This document shows positions 1 through 10,840 of a stretch of DNA of 64,000 bases, one piece after another. This stretch comes from Macrostomum lignano (taxonomy: Eukaryota): positions 1 to 64,000 of the forward strand of contig NIVC01000040.1 in NCBI GenBank assembly GCA_002269645.1, given 5' to 3'. Positions within the stretch are counted from its first letter, which is position 1, and the number at the start of each line of letters is the position of its first letter. Both the position numbers and the translations under genes were made by a program. The notes beneath the pieces were generated by a model. It ran no database searches. It was not told where the DNA came from and saw only the letters and a program-made list of their open reading frames with translations.

Positions 1-155
1 CTTAATGCAAAAAATGCTGCCCGAAAGAAACATAAAAAGCATTTGTCGTTCTGATATCCACATAAATTAAAGTTAAATGAATCACATAACCATTATTATC
101 GATAGACTCTTTCATTTTGGATACACCTCGTAACAAAGTTGCACAAAAGTGCAAG

Positions 156-3100
156 TCAAATCCTGTCACAGAAGACACAAGTTGAAATGCATGATTGTCG
201 AATGCACGCTTCGTGAACCAGATGAAACATTTTTCGCACTGTATCTGAAAGGAGAAGGAAAAATCTAAATTGGAGTTTACTGCCAAACACTGCTCAGCAA
301 TACCTTTATGAAATCTCTTTTTGATACATTTCCGAAATTTACGACATCGTAATAACGCTTCGTACTCGTACGCATAAGGTATAATCTTCGCTAAAACTTA
401 CAAACCAATGCATACTACTCACCCAATTATCGTAGGCACCATCATGTGAAGCCGCCTCTTTCTCTCCACACATCCAGCATAAATTTTCTTGGTCAACCGC
501 CCTGAGGAGCAAAGTTTTCCACAATTCCAAACGGCTCAGAGCCATCTCTCTTGGTGCCGAATTGATATTTAGTGAGCTATCGGATAGTAGCAAATCAGCG
601 AATTTACACACTAGCACTCCGCAGCTATTCCCGTCCTGCTGAATCGAGTGCTTTATAGTAATAGGCTGCATTTCATGCCAGCCAAAGCAGTGTCGAACGG
701 AGCTGAGGGCAGAATAAAACACGAGCAGTAATAGAACAACAAACATAATGGAATGCGTTAGTTTCCTGTCTAATCAGCAATCAGTTTAGTAAAAAATAGA
801 GTACTAATATAAGTAATTAGTACTCGTGATAAGAGGTGACTGTTGGGTCGCGCAGGTCGTTTGGTATTGATAAAATATATTAAATAGACATTCGGCGCCA
901 GTGATCCGCCCTAGATACGAGTATCTTAGGCAATCTGGCAATTCAACCAGTGTCGCGAATAGTAGCTAAAAAGGTAAGATCCTTGACACAATATCATGAG
1001 GCAAGGTCATGAGCGTCATGACTCGGGTACTTGATCGCGACTGACTGGCGGTCATTGTGGTGGACTGGCCAACCCTAAAATTGCCTACAATTTTTCTTAA
1101 GCGTCATAGTTTCGTACAGGCAGTACAAACCAGTGTTCTGTGCTGGGGTGGGTGTGGGTCGAGATGGGTGTACTCGTATGCATGCTTACCTGCTTGCTCC
1201 CCCCTGTAGAGCTTTATTAAAACTGGTCGTGTGCCTGGCGCTTCACTGGTGCTCATTTTTCCAATTTTTAACCCCGCATCCATTTTTTGCTAATTTTTTT
1301 ACCAAAGAACTTCTGTGTTGACGTCTTGATGAATAATTAAATAAATTACCGATAATTAACGATTAACGATAAATTACCGACAATCAACAAAAGATGGGGA
1401 GTGAGACACAAACGACAGTTTAGAATACTTTCAAATACTTGCATTGAGACAATTTAAATACTTTGAGCACCAACTTACTTTAAGTTAGCACATATTGAAA
1501 TGTTAAGTTGCTCGGATGACAAAAGAGGATCCAAAACTGCTACATTGTGCCGCTCCAGGTCCACGAACAAAAGCATAAAGTGTTGGTTGCGATATATTGT
1601 ACCAATTATCGCTTTCTTTGCCTAAAACATGGGAAAGTCAATAGTTTCAATATTTAGTCAATAAGACACGATGCCATAATCGATAAACTACGGTAATGTC
1701 TGCACATCAATCATAATGCTAACATTGTGCAGCTTATCGATCAATTCAGCTGTGAATTGATCTTCCACTCCACGAAAGAGTATGTCGACTTCATAGTGCA
1801 GTAGAAAAGCCGCACCGTCATGCTGAGAAGCCACGGCAGCAAGAAGTGCATTAATAATCTGTGGGAAGGATGCATGGATTACATGGTAGCGTACTGTTTC
1901 AGAAGAGAACATATAGAAAAGAAACACAAGGATCAGCATTCGATGAGTCTTTATGCAACGCGTTTCGAACCATTATCAATCAAGTTAAATAGAAAACTGC
2001 AATAAGACTCAGTGGAAAGGCATTGTACGCAAAAACCGGACTGGATTGATCTGATGCGCACCATGCCTTTCCACCCTAACTTGTGCACCCAGTTTTGTAT
2101 ACGAGTACTAAACTTTGACTCCTTCGTCAACTGTAATAATTTTCTTTTCCTTGTCAACTGTTTTTTAACAAGTTCTTTTCTTCTGTTTTCAATTAATAAA
2201 TAATTGAGACCTGACGATGTCCATAGTGTATGAAATGCATCGACTATAGAATCTCTTTGCAGAAGTGACAAGTCAGGTAGAAAAATCTGCTAACTACATA
2301 TTGATGACATCATAGTATGGGGAAAGACTCGGGAAGAGCACGACCAAGCAGTCCGAAATCTTTTGGAGCAATGCAGAAAAAACCTGACTCTGAACAGGCA
2401 AAAGACGAGCATTGGCAAAACTGAGCTTCGATTTCTTGGACACATACTAACTGACAAAGGTGTGAAAGTAGATCCACAAAAAGTAAACAGCATCAAAGAA
2501 ATGCCGCACCCAAACAGTTTCGAACGGGTCCATGAGAATTGCCCGCAGACTAACCGCCCGCCGAGATTTGCCCGCAGGAGATTTGCCCGTGGAGATTTGC
2601 CCGCCGAGCTTTTCCCGCGGAGATTTGCCCGCAGTGCATTTTGCCCGTGAGCGAATTGCCCGTGGAGATTTGCCCGCCGAAAATTGCCCGCCGAGATTTG
2701 CCCGCAGTGCCCACCAGCGAGCGAGCGAGTTGCCCTTAATTTGCCCGCGAGCGAGTTGCCCGCCGAGTTTTTTCCCGCCGAGGTTTGCCCGCAATGCTTT
2801 TTTCCTGCAGCGCATTTGGCAGCTAGATTCTGTCTGTATTGCCCCCCCCCCCAAAAAAATATGCATTTAATATGCAGTTACTATCAAAACGTTTTGATCG
2901 TGTAAATCTCTTTATTGAGATTAACACGTACTAAGCATTGGGAAGGCAATGCAGACAAAATCTGCCGCGTCGCTAAATGCGCTGCAGGAAAAAAGCACTG
3001 CGGGCAAACCTCGGCGGGAAAAAACTCGGCGGGCAACTCGCTCGCGGGCAAAATGCACTGCGGGCAAATCCCCGCGGGAAAAGCTCGGCGGGCAAATCTC

Positions 3101-4440
3101 CACGGGCAAATCCCCCGCGGGCAAATCTCGGCGGGCAATCTGTCTGCGGGCATTTCTCGTGCTCCCGTTTCGAACAGCGTGCTGAAAAGCAAGCGCAGCT
3201 CCAACGGTTTATTGGTAGTGCAAATTACTTGTCAAGATTCATAGTGAATTTTTCGGTACTGACAAGTCCTTGAGAGAAAGAATCATGAAGAAAGAATCCG
3301 AATGGGTGTGGACCAATGACCAACAGAAGGTACGCAAGCCTGCGGCGTCCATTGTGCCGGCGGCCCCCCTTGATGTCTCCGCAGCCTGCGAGTCTGCCGC
3401 CATCCTGCCGCTGCCCGAAGGAGGCAACTATCGACCTCTCGCAACAGCAGAGTTGCCTGAGACCCCGGCAGCAGAGACGGGCGTTGCTGATGCTGGTCCT
3501 GAAGCAGCTACCGAGGAGTGGACGGTGCCGCGGAGATCGGCCAGGCTGCGATTCAAGCCGGAGAGGCTGACCTACAATTGACTGATTGCAACTGATGATC
3601 GCTTGTTTTGCTTTTTTTGATGACACCTTCCGTGATCAAGATCTTAGTGGGAAGGGGTGTGATGACGTACAGTGTAGTGTGGTGTGAGAGGGGGTTGGGG
3701 GAAGTGGGGTAGGAATGTTCATTATCGCGATGCGTCACCCATTGCTTGCTTGCTGTTCCTTCCTTCCTTTCCTTTTCCCCTTTTTTGCGTACATGTATGA
3801 GAGACCCTCGAGGGTCTTTGTTGCTTGCGTACGGTGCTCGCTAAATATATAGAAGCGACTGGCTCTTCCGGAGCCTCAATCTTACTTCTGCAGTAAACAC
3901 GGTCTACAAAATAAAGCTTACTTTCTTTGAAATAATTCACAGAACTGATTGTCAATTGAGCATATCAAAAGGATTTAAGAATTGAGCTGTAATTAAAAGA
4001 CTTTAAAGGACACAAGACCAACACCAACTTACCGTGACACTGATCCAACTGCGCTCGCTAAGAAGAGAATCGCGATCGAAGCGCCTGATACAGAATTTTC
4101 CATACTTTTCTTGGGTTGAGAAACAAGGCACGAGCTCTTCCTTAGTAAAATTTTCATCTCTGTTTTTTTTTGGATTTTGCACTGGCAGTAGGAAGAATTT
4201 TGAGGCGTTTTGAGTCACTGGTGATGAATTTTCTTGACGTAGCGGGACACTTAGAATTTTCTTTTTTGTCCATAAAATGAAAAAGTTGATTGATGCTCGT
4301 CGAAACTAAAGGGTTTTTAGTGCTCTTTAACTCGACAGAAGTCTGTCTGCGATTGACCTGTGCACTGTTGGCCATCCTACGTTTAGGTTGCGCCCTCTTG
4401 CCCACTCTCGTTTTTAGCTGCGTGCTCTCTGTCGTCCTTG
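156..4440 (-). CDS. Ulp1/C48 cysteine protease + PHD finger (spliced C-terminal part of the MULE polyprotein)
   Basis: Exons ...4033 (FCIRRFDRDSLLSERSWISVT), 1858-1724 (IINALL...DKLHN), 1621-1479 (RNQHFMLLFVDLERHNVAVLDPL: catalytic His and Asp), 702-423 (QQDGNSCGV: Gln and Cys; CWMC...DNW) and 244-156 (IQCEKCFIWF-[H]EAC...CVFC*). All have GT-AG boundaries and matching phases. 1-nt indels at about 4165 (T run) and about 217. Confidence 0.82.
2526..3166. mobile_element. Non-autonomous foldback-type MITE with 9-bp target-site duplication (Mutator/FB-like)
   Basis: GTTTCGAAC at 2517-2525 and 3167-3175. Long inverted arms start GGG(T/A)(C/G)CA(T/C)GAGAA(T/A)TGCCCGCAGAC and are built of ggagatttgcccgc-like subrepeats, with a spacer of about 90 bp. 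Removing the element restores the gypsy RT frame. Confidence 0.88.
3658..3941 (+). repeat. Probable 3' LTR of the gypsy remnant
   Basis: Begins TGTGA right after the PPT and ends TCACA (3941; alternative end CATATCA at 3967). Contains a TATA-like taaatatata and AATAAA at about 3910. No 5' LTR copy is visible in the window. Confidence 0.6.
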
Positions 4441-5460
4441 GATTGAATTGCGCGCTCTCAGCCATCCTCCGCTTCGGCTGTGCACTCTCAGCCATCCTCC
4501 GCTTCGACTGCGCACTCTCAGCCATCCTCCGCTTCGGCTGCGGACTCTCAGCCATCCTCCGCTTCGGCTGCGCACTCTCAGCCATCCTCCGCTTCGGCTG
4601 CGGACTCTCAGCCATCCTCCGCTTCGGCTGCGCACTCTCAGCCATCCTCCGCTTCGGCTGCGGACTCTCAGCCATCCTCCGCTTCGGCTGCGCACTCTCA
4701 GCCATCCTCCGCTTCGGCTGCGGACTCTCAGCCATCCTCGCTTCGGCTGCGACTCTCAGCCATCCTCCGCTTCGACTGCGCACCCTCGGCCAGCTTCAGT
4801 TTGTTGGGCACTCTCAGCCATCCTCCGCTTGGCTGCGCACTCTCGCCATCTCAGCTTGTGCTGCGCACTCTCAGCCATCTCAGTTTGGCTGCGCACTCTC
4901 GCCATCTCAGTTTGGCTGGCACTCTCGGCCATCTCAGTTGTGGCTGCGCACTCTCGGCCATCTCAGTTGTGGCTGGCACTCTCGGCCATCTCAGTTGTGG
5001 CTGCGCACTCTCGGCCAATCTCAGTTGTGGCTGCGCACTCTTGGCCAATCTCAGTTGTGGCTGCGCACTCTTGGCCAATCTCAGTTATGGCTGCGCACTC
5101 TTGGCCAATCTCAGTTGTGGCTGTGCACTCTTGGCCAATCTCAGTTGTGGCTGCGCACTCTTGGCCAATCTCAGTTGGCTGCGCACTCTTGGCCAATCTC
5201 AGTTGTGGCTGTGCACTCTTGGCCAATCTCAGTTATGGCTGCGCACTCTTTGCCAATCTCAGTTGTGGCTGCGCACTCTCGGCCAATCTCAGTTGTGGCT
5301 GCGCACTCTCGGCCAATCTCAGTTGTGGCTGCGCACTCTCGGCCAATCTCAGTTGTGGCTGCGCACTCTCGGCCAATCTCAGTTGTGGCTGCGCACTCTT
5401 GGCCAATCTCAGTTGTGGCTGCGCACTCTCGGCCAATCTCAGTTTTGGCGCAGTCTCGGC
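4440..5460 (-). repeat. Two related 30-bp tandem arrays, probably coding (AESAQPKRRM and AESAQPQLRL decapeptides)
   Basis: Plus-strand units gccatcctccgcttcggctgcgcactctca (about 4450-4790) and gccaatctcagttgtggctgcgcactctcg (about 4930-5450) share a ggctgcgcactct core and are joined by intermediate units. Confidence 0.85.
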
Positions 5461-6277
5461 GTATGAAAACGCAACCTCTGTAGACGGATTTGATCTCTTC
5501 GCCGCAGTTATCTGCCTTAACAGTAATAAAAGTATTCTTGGAAAGAGTGGCAGGCGGACTTAGTGCACACGTTGGAGTTTCAGATTTCGGAGCAAATCGG
5601 TGCTCTGATTTTCTTGCAGGACGCAGTTGGCTGCACTTAAACGGTAGCTTTGAGGCAATTTTCCCGCCTAAGTAAGAGGGTTTTGAAACTCTGGAGGCCC
5701 AAGGGTCCCCTTTGGGAACGTGAGGTGCCTCTTCATTTACCTTGCGACGTCTTGGTCGCCGAGGTGGAAGAACAGTCTGCTGATTCTTTTTGACTCGACT
5801 AATGCGCTCTAGTACACATTCGAGTTGTGCCCGTAGAAAGTTTCCAATCAACAAACGCGTGCCACTTTTACGACGCACTCTAGCTTTTACCCAACGAAAC
5901 CAGGATTCAACAGGTGCGTTCGTTAGGTGCGTGCTAATAGGCGTTCCTTTGAAAACACACACGCTCCAAATCGGCAGAAGCGGTAGATAAAGTTTAAAGA
6001 CTTTTTGCATAGCCTCTAGAGAAAAGTTAGGATTCAACTCTTTTGCCTCGGTATTGATTGGCTCAGGAACACCGAAAATTCCTGAAAAGGGTGAACTTGA
6101 TCGTAGTGTTGTAGCAGCTTCCGAATCTGGAGGATCAACTGAAATTCCTGATTGATTTTCCTCTTCAGGATCCGGCATTTCATTCACAAATTCATGACAG
6201 CTAGATGGCAAGGAAGCTTGTACTGATGAAGCACTTCGAAAGCGTCTTGCACAACGGACGTTACATACTGGCTGCAA
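5460..6277 (-). CDS. MULE transposase C-terminal part (catalytic E), after a frameshift
   Basis: LPIWSV...THLTNAPVESWFRWVK matches the MULE T-N-x-x-E-S-x-x-x-x-x-K motif, followed by a basic RRPRRRK stretch. Overlaps the previous ORF in a different frame. Confidence 0.8.
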
Positions 6278-7581
6278 AATAGACGAAGCATGGTCTCCCA
6301 GACCGACTTCGCTGTTTCTAAACTATCAGCAGTAATAAGATTGGCAAAAAAGATAAGAAAGTTTTTTTTCGTTTCTCTGTTTTTGATAGCGATCGTCATT
6401 GCAACACGATGCATTAGATGCGAACTGCAAATGAATACAAGTGGGTACGATGGAGGTTTAACGTCCCATGAGGTTAGTCGCTTGAATTGCTTTCTTAAAT
6501 ACGTTCCTAGATCCATTATGGCAGCAGCACGAAGAACGCCATGGAGAAAGACCCAGCTGAAGTCGATAACATAAATACGCGGGCCAACCTTTGACACTTC
6601 CCAAACACCTCGGTCTTGAAACCGGGCAAAATTGAGCAGAAAGGATTCAATCCACGCGGATATATCTTCGGTCTTCGTGGACTCCAATACCGCCTCTGCT
6701 ATTGGCGTTGCCACAACAGATTCAGATTCAGAACTAACAACTGCGCTGCAGAGCAGCACATTTTCAGGTATAAGTTCCGATTTTCGTACGAGCCCACCAG
6801 TTGCGTCGATGTGGACTGGAGCGTAGGGATTCCTGGCAAGTAATTGGCGCAAAAGAAATTGTTGTTCCGCGCAATAAATAACGACTCCAAATGGAGCCGT
6901 ACTGATACGCTGAATAAATCCAGATACAGCGTCTTCCGATACTAGCGATATTTTCCAATCTAACATTTGCTTGCGCAAATCTTCGTGCTCGTTTTGGCTT
7001 CTTCTAGAAGCATTCTGAATACGACTACATGCTTGTCGCACTGACGCTAAGGAACATATTTTACCTGACTTAAAATGCTGCAGGCTTCCCTCGTAAATTT
7101 CAGTCGGTCTTGCGTCTTTGCATGCCGCCTTACTCGCGACAAATTCTCGACACTCTTGTGAACCATGCTCCCACAGATGGCGGACATTGTCGTTTGGAAG
7201 AATCACTCTGTGGCCGCTGTGCTCGTTTTTCTTTTGCAACCTTAAGTTAACACTGTCAATCAGAGGCAAATCTGCCATCGACAACGTAATAACTGTCTTG
7301 CAGCCTGCTGATTCAGCGCAAACTAGTCGTAATAAATAACTGTTGCTGCCCTTCCTACGAAGACTTGTTCGAATGATCTCTTTGTTAACATGAAATATTC
7401 CGAATTCATTTATTTCTCGCAACTGAGGAAATACGACTTCGTGAAGCCATCTGCGATCGAGTTGACCAGTTTCTTTACAAAAATATGTAGAAAATACGGC
7501 AGCAGTAATTGCGATTGTGACTTCTTGATCCTGAAAAAGGGCTTTCATAGTAAAATTCGTAATATGATATCGTCTAGGCAA
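6184..7581 (-). CDS. MULE DDE transposase, N-terminal and core part
   Basis: ORF contains a C-x5-C...H-x2-H cluster (VCAESAGC...EHSGH), GFIQRISTAPFGVVIY, first catalytic D (HIDATGGLV), second D (RIYVIDFSW) and the diagnostic CxxH (ICSSHLMH). The frame shifts near 6200-6270. Confidence 0.88.
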   Translation of the reverse strand: MPRRYHITNFTMKALFQDQEVTIAITAAVFSTYFCKETGQLDRRWLHEVVFPQLREINEFGIFHVNKEIIRTSLRRKGSNSYLLRLVCAESAGCKTVITLSMADLPLIDSVNLRLQKKNEHSGHRVILPNDNVRHLWEHGSQECREFVASKAACKDARPTEIYEGSLQHFKSGKICSLASVRQACSRIQNASRRSQNEHEDLRKQMLDWKISLVSEDAVSGFIQRISTAPFGVVIYCAEQQFLLRQLLARNPYAPVHIDATGGLVRKSELIPENVLLCSAVVSSESESVVATPIAEAVLESTKTEDISAWIESFLLNFARFQDRGVWEVSKVGPRIYVIDFSWVFLHGVLRAAAIMDLGTYLRKQFKRLTSWDVKPPSYPLVFICSSHLMHRVAMTIAIKNRETKKNFLIFFANLITADSLETAKSVWETMLRLFCSQYVTSVVQDAFEVLHQYKLPCHLAVMNL

Positions 7582-8989
7582 AGATACCGACGATTAAGTT
7601 CATTAAATAATACTTTAAAAAATTTAAACAGGTATCAGATAGGTATCTATTCAGGTAGATACAATTATCTTTCTTAAATGCCTACTTCATCCATAATGGC
7701 TAATCCTTCGTCTTAAAATAATAATTTGTTTGATTCTCGAATATTTGGGTATTGCCTTAAGCTGCAGGGAATTGCAGGGAATCCTCATTAAGCTCCATTA
7801 AGGGGATTGCTGAGATGTCAGGCTTATGGGGGGATTGCTGACATACATGCGCAACCTCTGAAATTACACTGGCCGTGTGACTTAGTTTTCTATCAAAAAA
7901 TGCGACGTACCCATGAAAGAAAGCTAAGAAAATAAACGTACTTTTAGGTAAACAGCAGGAGTAACTATCACCTTATTTTTAAGGCTAAATGCCTCGCCAG
8001 CTAGTTTTTTTACATAGTCTGTGCAGATTGTTTTAACAGCTAATCACTATGCCCTCTAGTGGCGGCCTGTGAGACAATTTGTAAATTGTCTTAATACACT
8101 GTAGTGAGCATACACAGTACTACACAAGTCATGATTCTTGAATGCCTAGAAGTAAAAGTGAGGTGAATACAGTATGATACAATTCACAACGTATTCACCA
8201 ATAGCTCAAGAATAATTCCACTTGCTAGATGATTTGGCATGGAAGATGAGAGTCCTGATTTAGATGGCTCATCAGATGCAGGATACGAATCCAGTAGAAT
8301 AGTAGAATCCAGTATAATAATAATTCCAAGTCTGCTTTACAATGATCCTAGGTCTAGTTTTCAATGGTTTTAAGTTGTTAAAAATCCCACTTATGGTTTT
8401 CAATTAGATAAAGTTAGGTTTACCCACATATACCATAGTTAATTAGACTGTGCAATACAATACAACTAACTCATTTTTGTATTAAAATCACTGTATATGC
8501 CTTTCCAAGAGAAAGAGAGATAGTGTTTTCAGAGCTTTTTAGAAGTTTGCATATATTTGAAGTGCAGACTTTTCCATCTCTATAGAATTACTGGCTAGCA
8601 TTTCCATTTAATACAATTTCAAGTATAAGATTAAATTCATAAGCTAAAAAGATCTATTTAAGTTAGAGAAGCACTATGCAACTCACTGCTAGTTTTCTAG
8701 AATTCTTCTAGTTAGCAACCTTGTTTGGCCTCTGGTATAATAGGTGAATAATCTAGCTTTTATGTTTTTTCTTTATAAAATGGAGCAATCCCTTTGAAAG
8801 ATGTCAATAATAATACTATATTGCAAAAATTTGATTGAATGATTCAAGTCAGAAGAAAATCTATTCATGTGTTCTTTTTCTTATTAATTTCCACCGTGGC
8901 TACATTGGCTTAACCTTCAGTCTATAAAAGTTTTACTTTAAGGCTGGAAGTGCTTTTTATTCTAGGCTAGAATATTTTTCTTCACTAAT

Positions 8990-9080
8990 TCTTCTCTTCT
9001 CTCTCGTCTGCTCTTTCATCTCTTCTTTTTTTTCTTTTATTTTTTCTCTCTTATCTCTTCTCGTTTCTATCTGCTCTGCA

Positions 9081-9114
<34 letters not shown>

Positions 9115-9620
9115 CTCCAATCTCTCTTCTCCTCTCTACTCACTCCCCTCTTCATTCTCCTATTTCCTCTTCTCTCTTCCTGTCTCTCCTCTCTCCTCTA
9201 GTCTCTGTAATCTCTTCTCTCTTATCTCTCCTTTGTTCTCTGTACTCTCCCATCTCTTGTCTGTTCATCTGCTTTCTTATCTGTCATCTTTACTCTCTTA
9301 TACGTTCACTCACTTATCTCCTCTGTATTCTTCTCTTTCACCTGTTCTGACTCCTCTCTTTCCTCTGTTATCTTCTTTCTGCTTTCTCATCTCTACTCTC
9401 TTCTCACTCTTCTCTACTCTCCTCTCATCGATCCTCTGTCTCATCTCTCCCCTCTTCTTACCTTTACTCTTTCCTCTCCCTCCTTTCTCCCCTCCTCCTC
9501 CCTTCTTCTCTGCTCTCTCCTCCCCACTTGTCTCTCCTCTTATATTCAATGTTTTCTCATATCCCCCTCTTGCCTTTCATCTCTTCTATTCCTTCTATTC
9601 CGTCTATTCCTTCTCCTTTC
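8990..9620. repeat. Degenerate CT-rich low-complexity tract
   Basis: Almost pure pyrimidine on the + strand, including a (CT)n run at about 9085-9110. Confidence 0.85.
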
Positions 9621-10399
9621 CACTCTTATCTGGCCTGCACATAAGCTGGATACTGGATTCTTTATCTGGCTTTTGAAGTAAAAGTCTGCCCATTCGCCAT
9701 TCCTGCTTGGAAAGCCAGTTTGTGAGACGTAGTACTCTCATGGCTGTTCTCATACTTTGATCATGTCATCTTTCTTGCCAATTTGCAGTCCTGAAAAGAA
9801 TTGTGTATTTTCAGCTCCATTGCAGTCTGCATCAGTCTAACAACCAAGGAAATATGCATTTTTAGGACATTTAAAATTTAAAGTAATTTGAGGAGAAACC
9901 TAAAATTTCCATGGTGTGACTAATTTAATAGGGTTGTATTGCATTGCATTGCCTTTTCATAAATCTTTCGCTTATATAAACCATGCTGGATTCCCTTGAT
10001 TTGCCATCCACTGTTAAACTGCTGCAGAGTTTGCCAATACATAGGACAGTGGTTAGAATTTCTCACTAAACTGTCATGGCTAAACGTAGCCTCTCCACAC
10101 GCGGGGGTACAGAGAAGGCTATTAAAAAGTTATTCCAAAACACTGTACATTTGCTATGTACATTGAGCCCTATCGCCTGACCCTTTGTCTGGGCTGGGGG
10201 AATGAGTGAGTGAGTGGAACAAACAACAGAAAAAGCAGACAGACTTCACATGCCTACAGTTTCTGTTCTGATTGAGATACAGAGTTGAGACTTTACAATT
10301 AGACAGAGAATGAGTCAATAAAGAATTGTGTCAAATTTGAAGTCAATTGCTTCATGTGGAGCAAACTTATGGCAGCCAAAAGTTAGTCAATTTTGAAAC

Positions 10400-10840
10400 C
10401 CCTTTTACACATCTGGGCCCAGATCAGGATCGGGAAAGAGAGGCAGGTGGGCGGAGGTTGGGGTGGTTGCTACACTGAAAAAAACAGCCTAACTTTAAAA
10501 GTGCACAGCGCCGTTTAGGATTAACTTTAAGACTCAAAATTTTACACAATTGTGTCAAAATAGTTGAAGATTGAGTGTGTCCAATTTGAAGAGAATCGGT
10601 GGAAGTAGAGTGGTGCTATAGAGGATTTAGTGAAAAAATTGCGCATTTTGAGCAGTTTTTTGCACTTTAAGGTGGGAAGACTCAAATTTAGGAAATTTTA
10701 AGGTAGTCTATAAGGTAGTGAATTTAGGGTGGGTGCAAAATTTGGTGTAATTTGGTTGAGCGGTTTGGGAGTCTATACAGCGAAGTAATTTGTACACAGA
10801 CAGACACACAGAGTTTTGATTTTTATAGTTGGAGATTATC
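10400..10840 (+). mobile_element. Possible non-autonomous Helitron-like (Lep1/DINE-type) repeat
   Basis: Has the aaatttgg...aatttggttgagcggttt...acagacagacacacag...tttttatagttggagat layout I associate with such elements. Judged by eye only. Confidence 0.3.

Larger units (their letters stand above)
2294..3941 (+). mobile_element. Truncated, internally deleted Ty3/gypsy LTR retrotransposon remnant
   Basis: IDDIIVWGKTREEHDQ...ELRFLGHILTDKGVKVDPQKV (RT) continues after the MITE as LQRFIGSANYLSRFI...EWVWTNDQQK, then jumps to a typical pol tail RRSARLRFKPERLTYN* (3581). Polypurine tract agtgggaagggg immediately precedes TGTGA at 3658. Confidence 0.85.
156..7581 (-). mobile_element. Mutator/MULE-superfamily DNA transposon (Phantom-like) encoding transposase + repeat linker + Ulp1 protease + PHD finger; termini not located
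   Basis: Collinear minus-strand pieces: MULE transposase motifs (6184-7581 and 5460-6277), 30-bp coding arrays, then phase-compatible spliced exons for a C48 protease and a PHD finger ending at TGA 156-158. Several 1-nt frameshifts. No TIR pair can be seen because the left end probably lies before base 1. Confidence 0.85.

Noticed and set aside
1127-1250. CAGTG...CACTG segment as a hAT-type MITE or a solo LTR
   Set aside because: The flanking 8-mers differ (gtacaaac versus gtgctcat), and the inverted match is only about 7 bp.
1951-2271. 106-aa minus-strand ORF inside the MULE intron
   Set aside because: No recognisable motif, and the protease exons join in phase without it. It could be an alternative exon, but I cannot support that.
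2526-3166. Foldback MITE as a derivative of the surrounding MULE
   Set aside because: Its TIR sequence is not found at 7600-8200, where the MULE end should lie, so no family link is visible.
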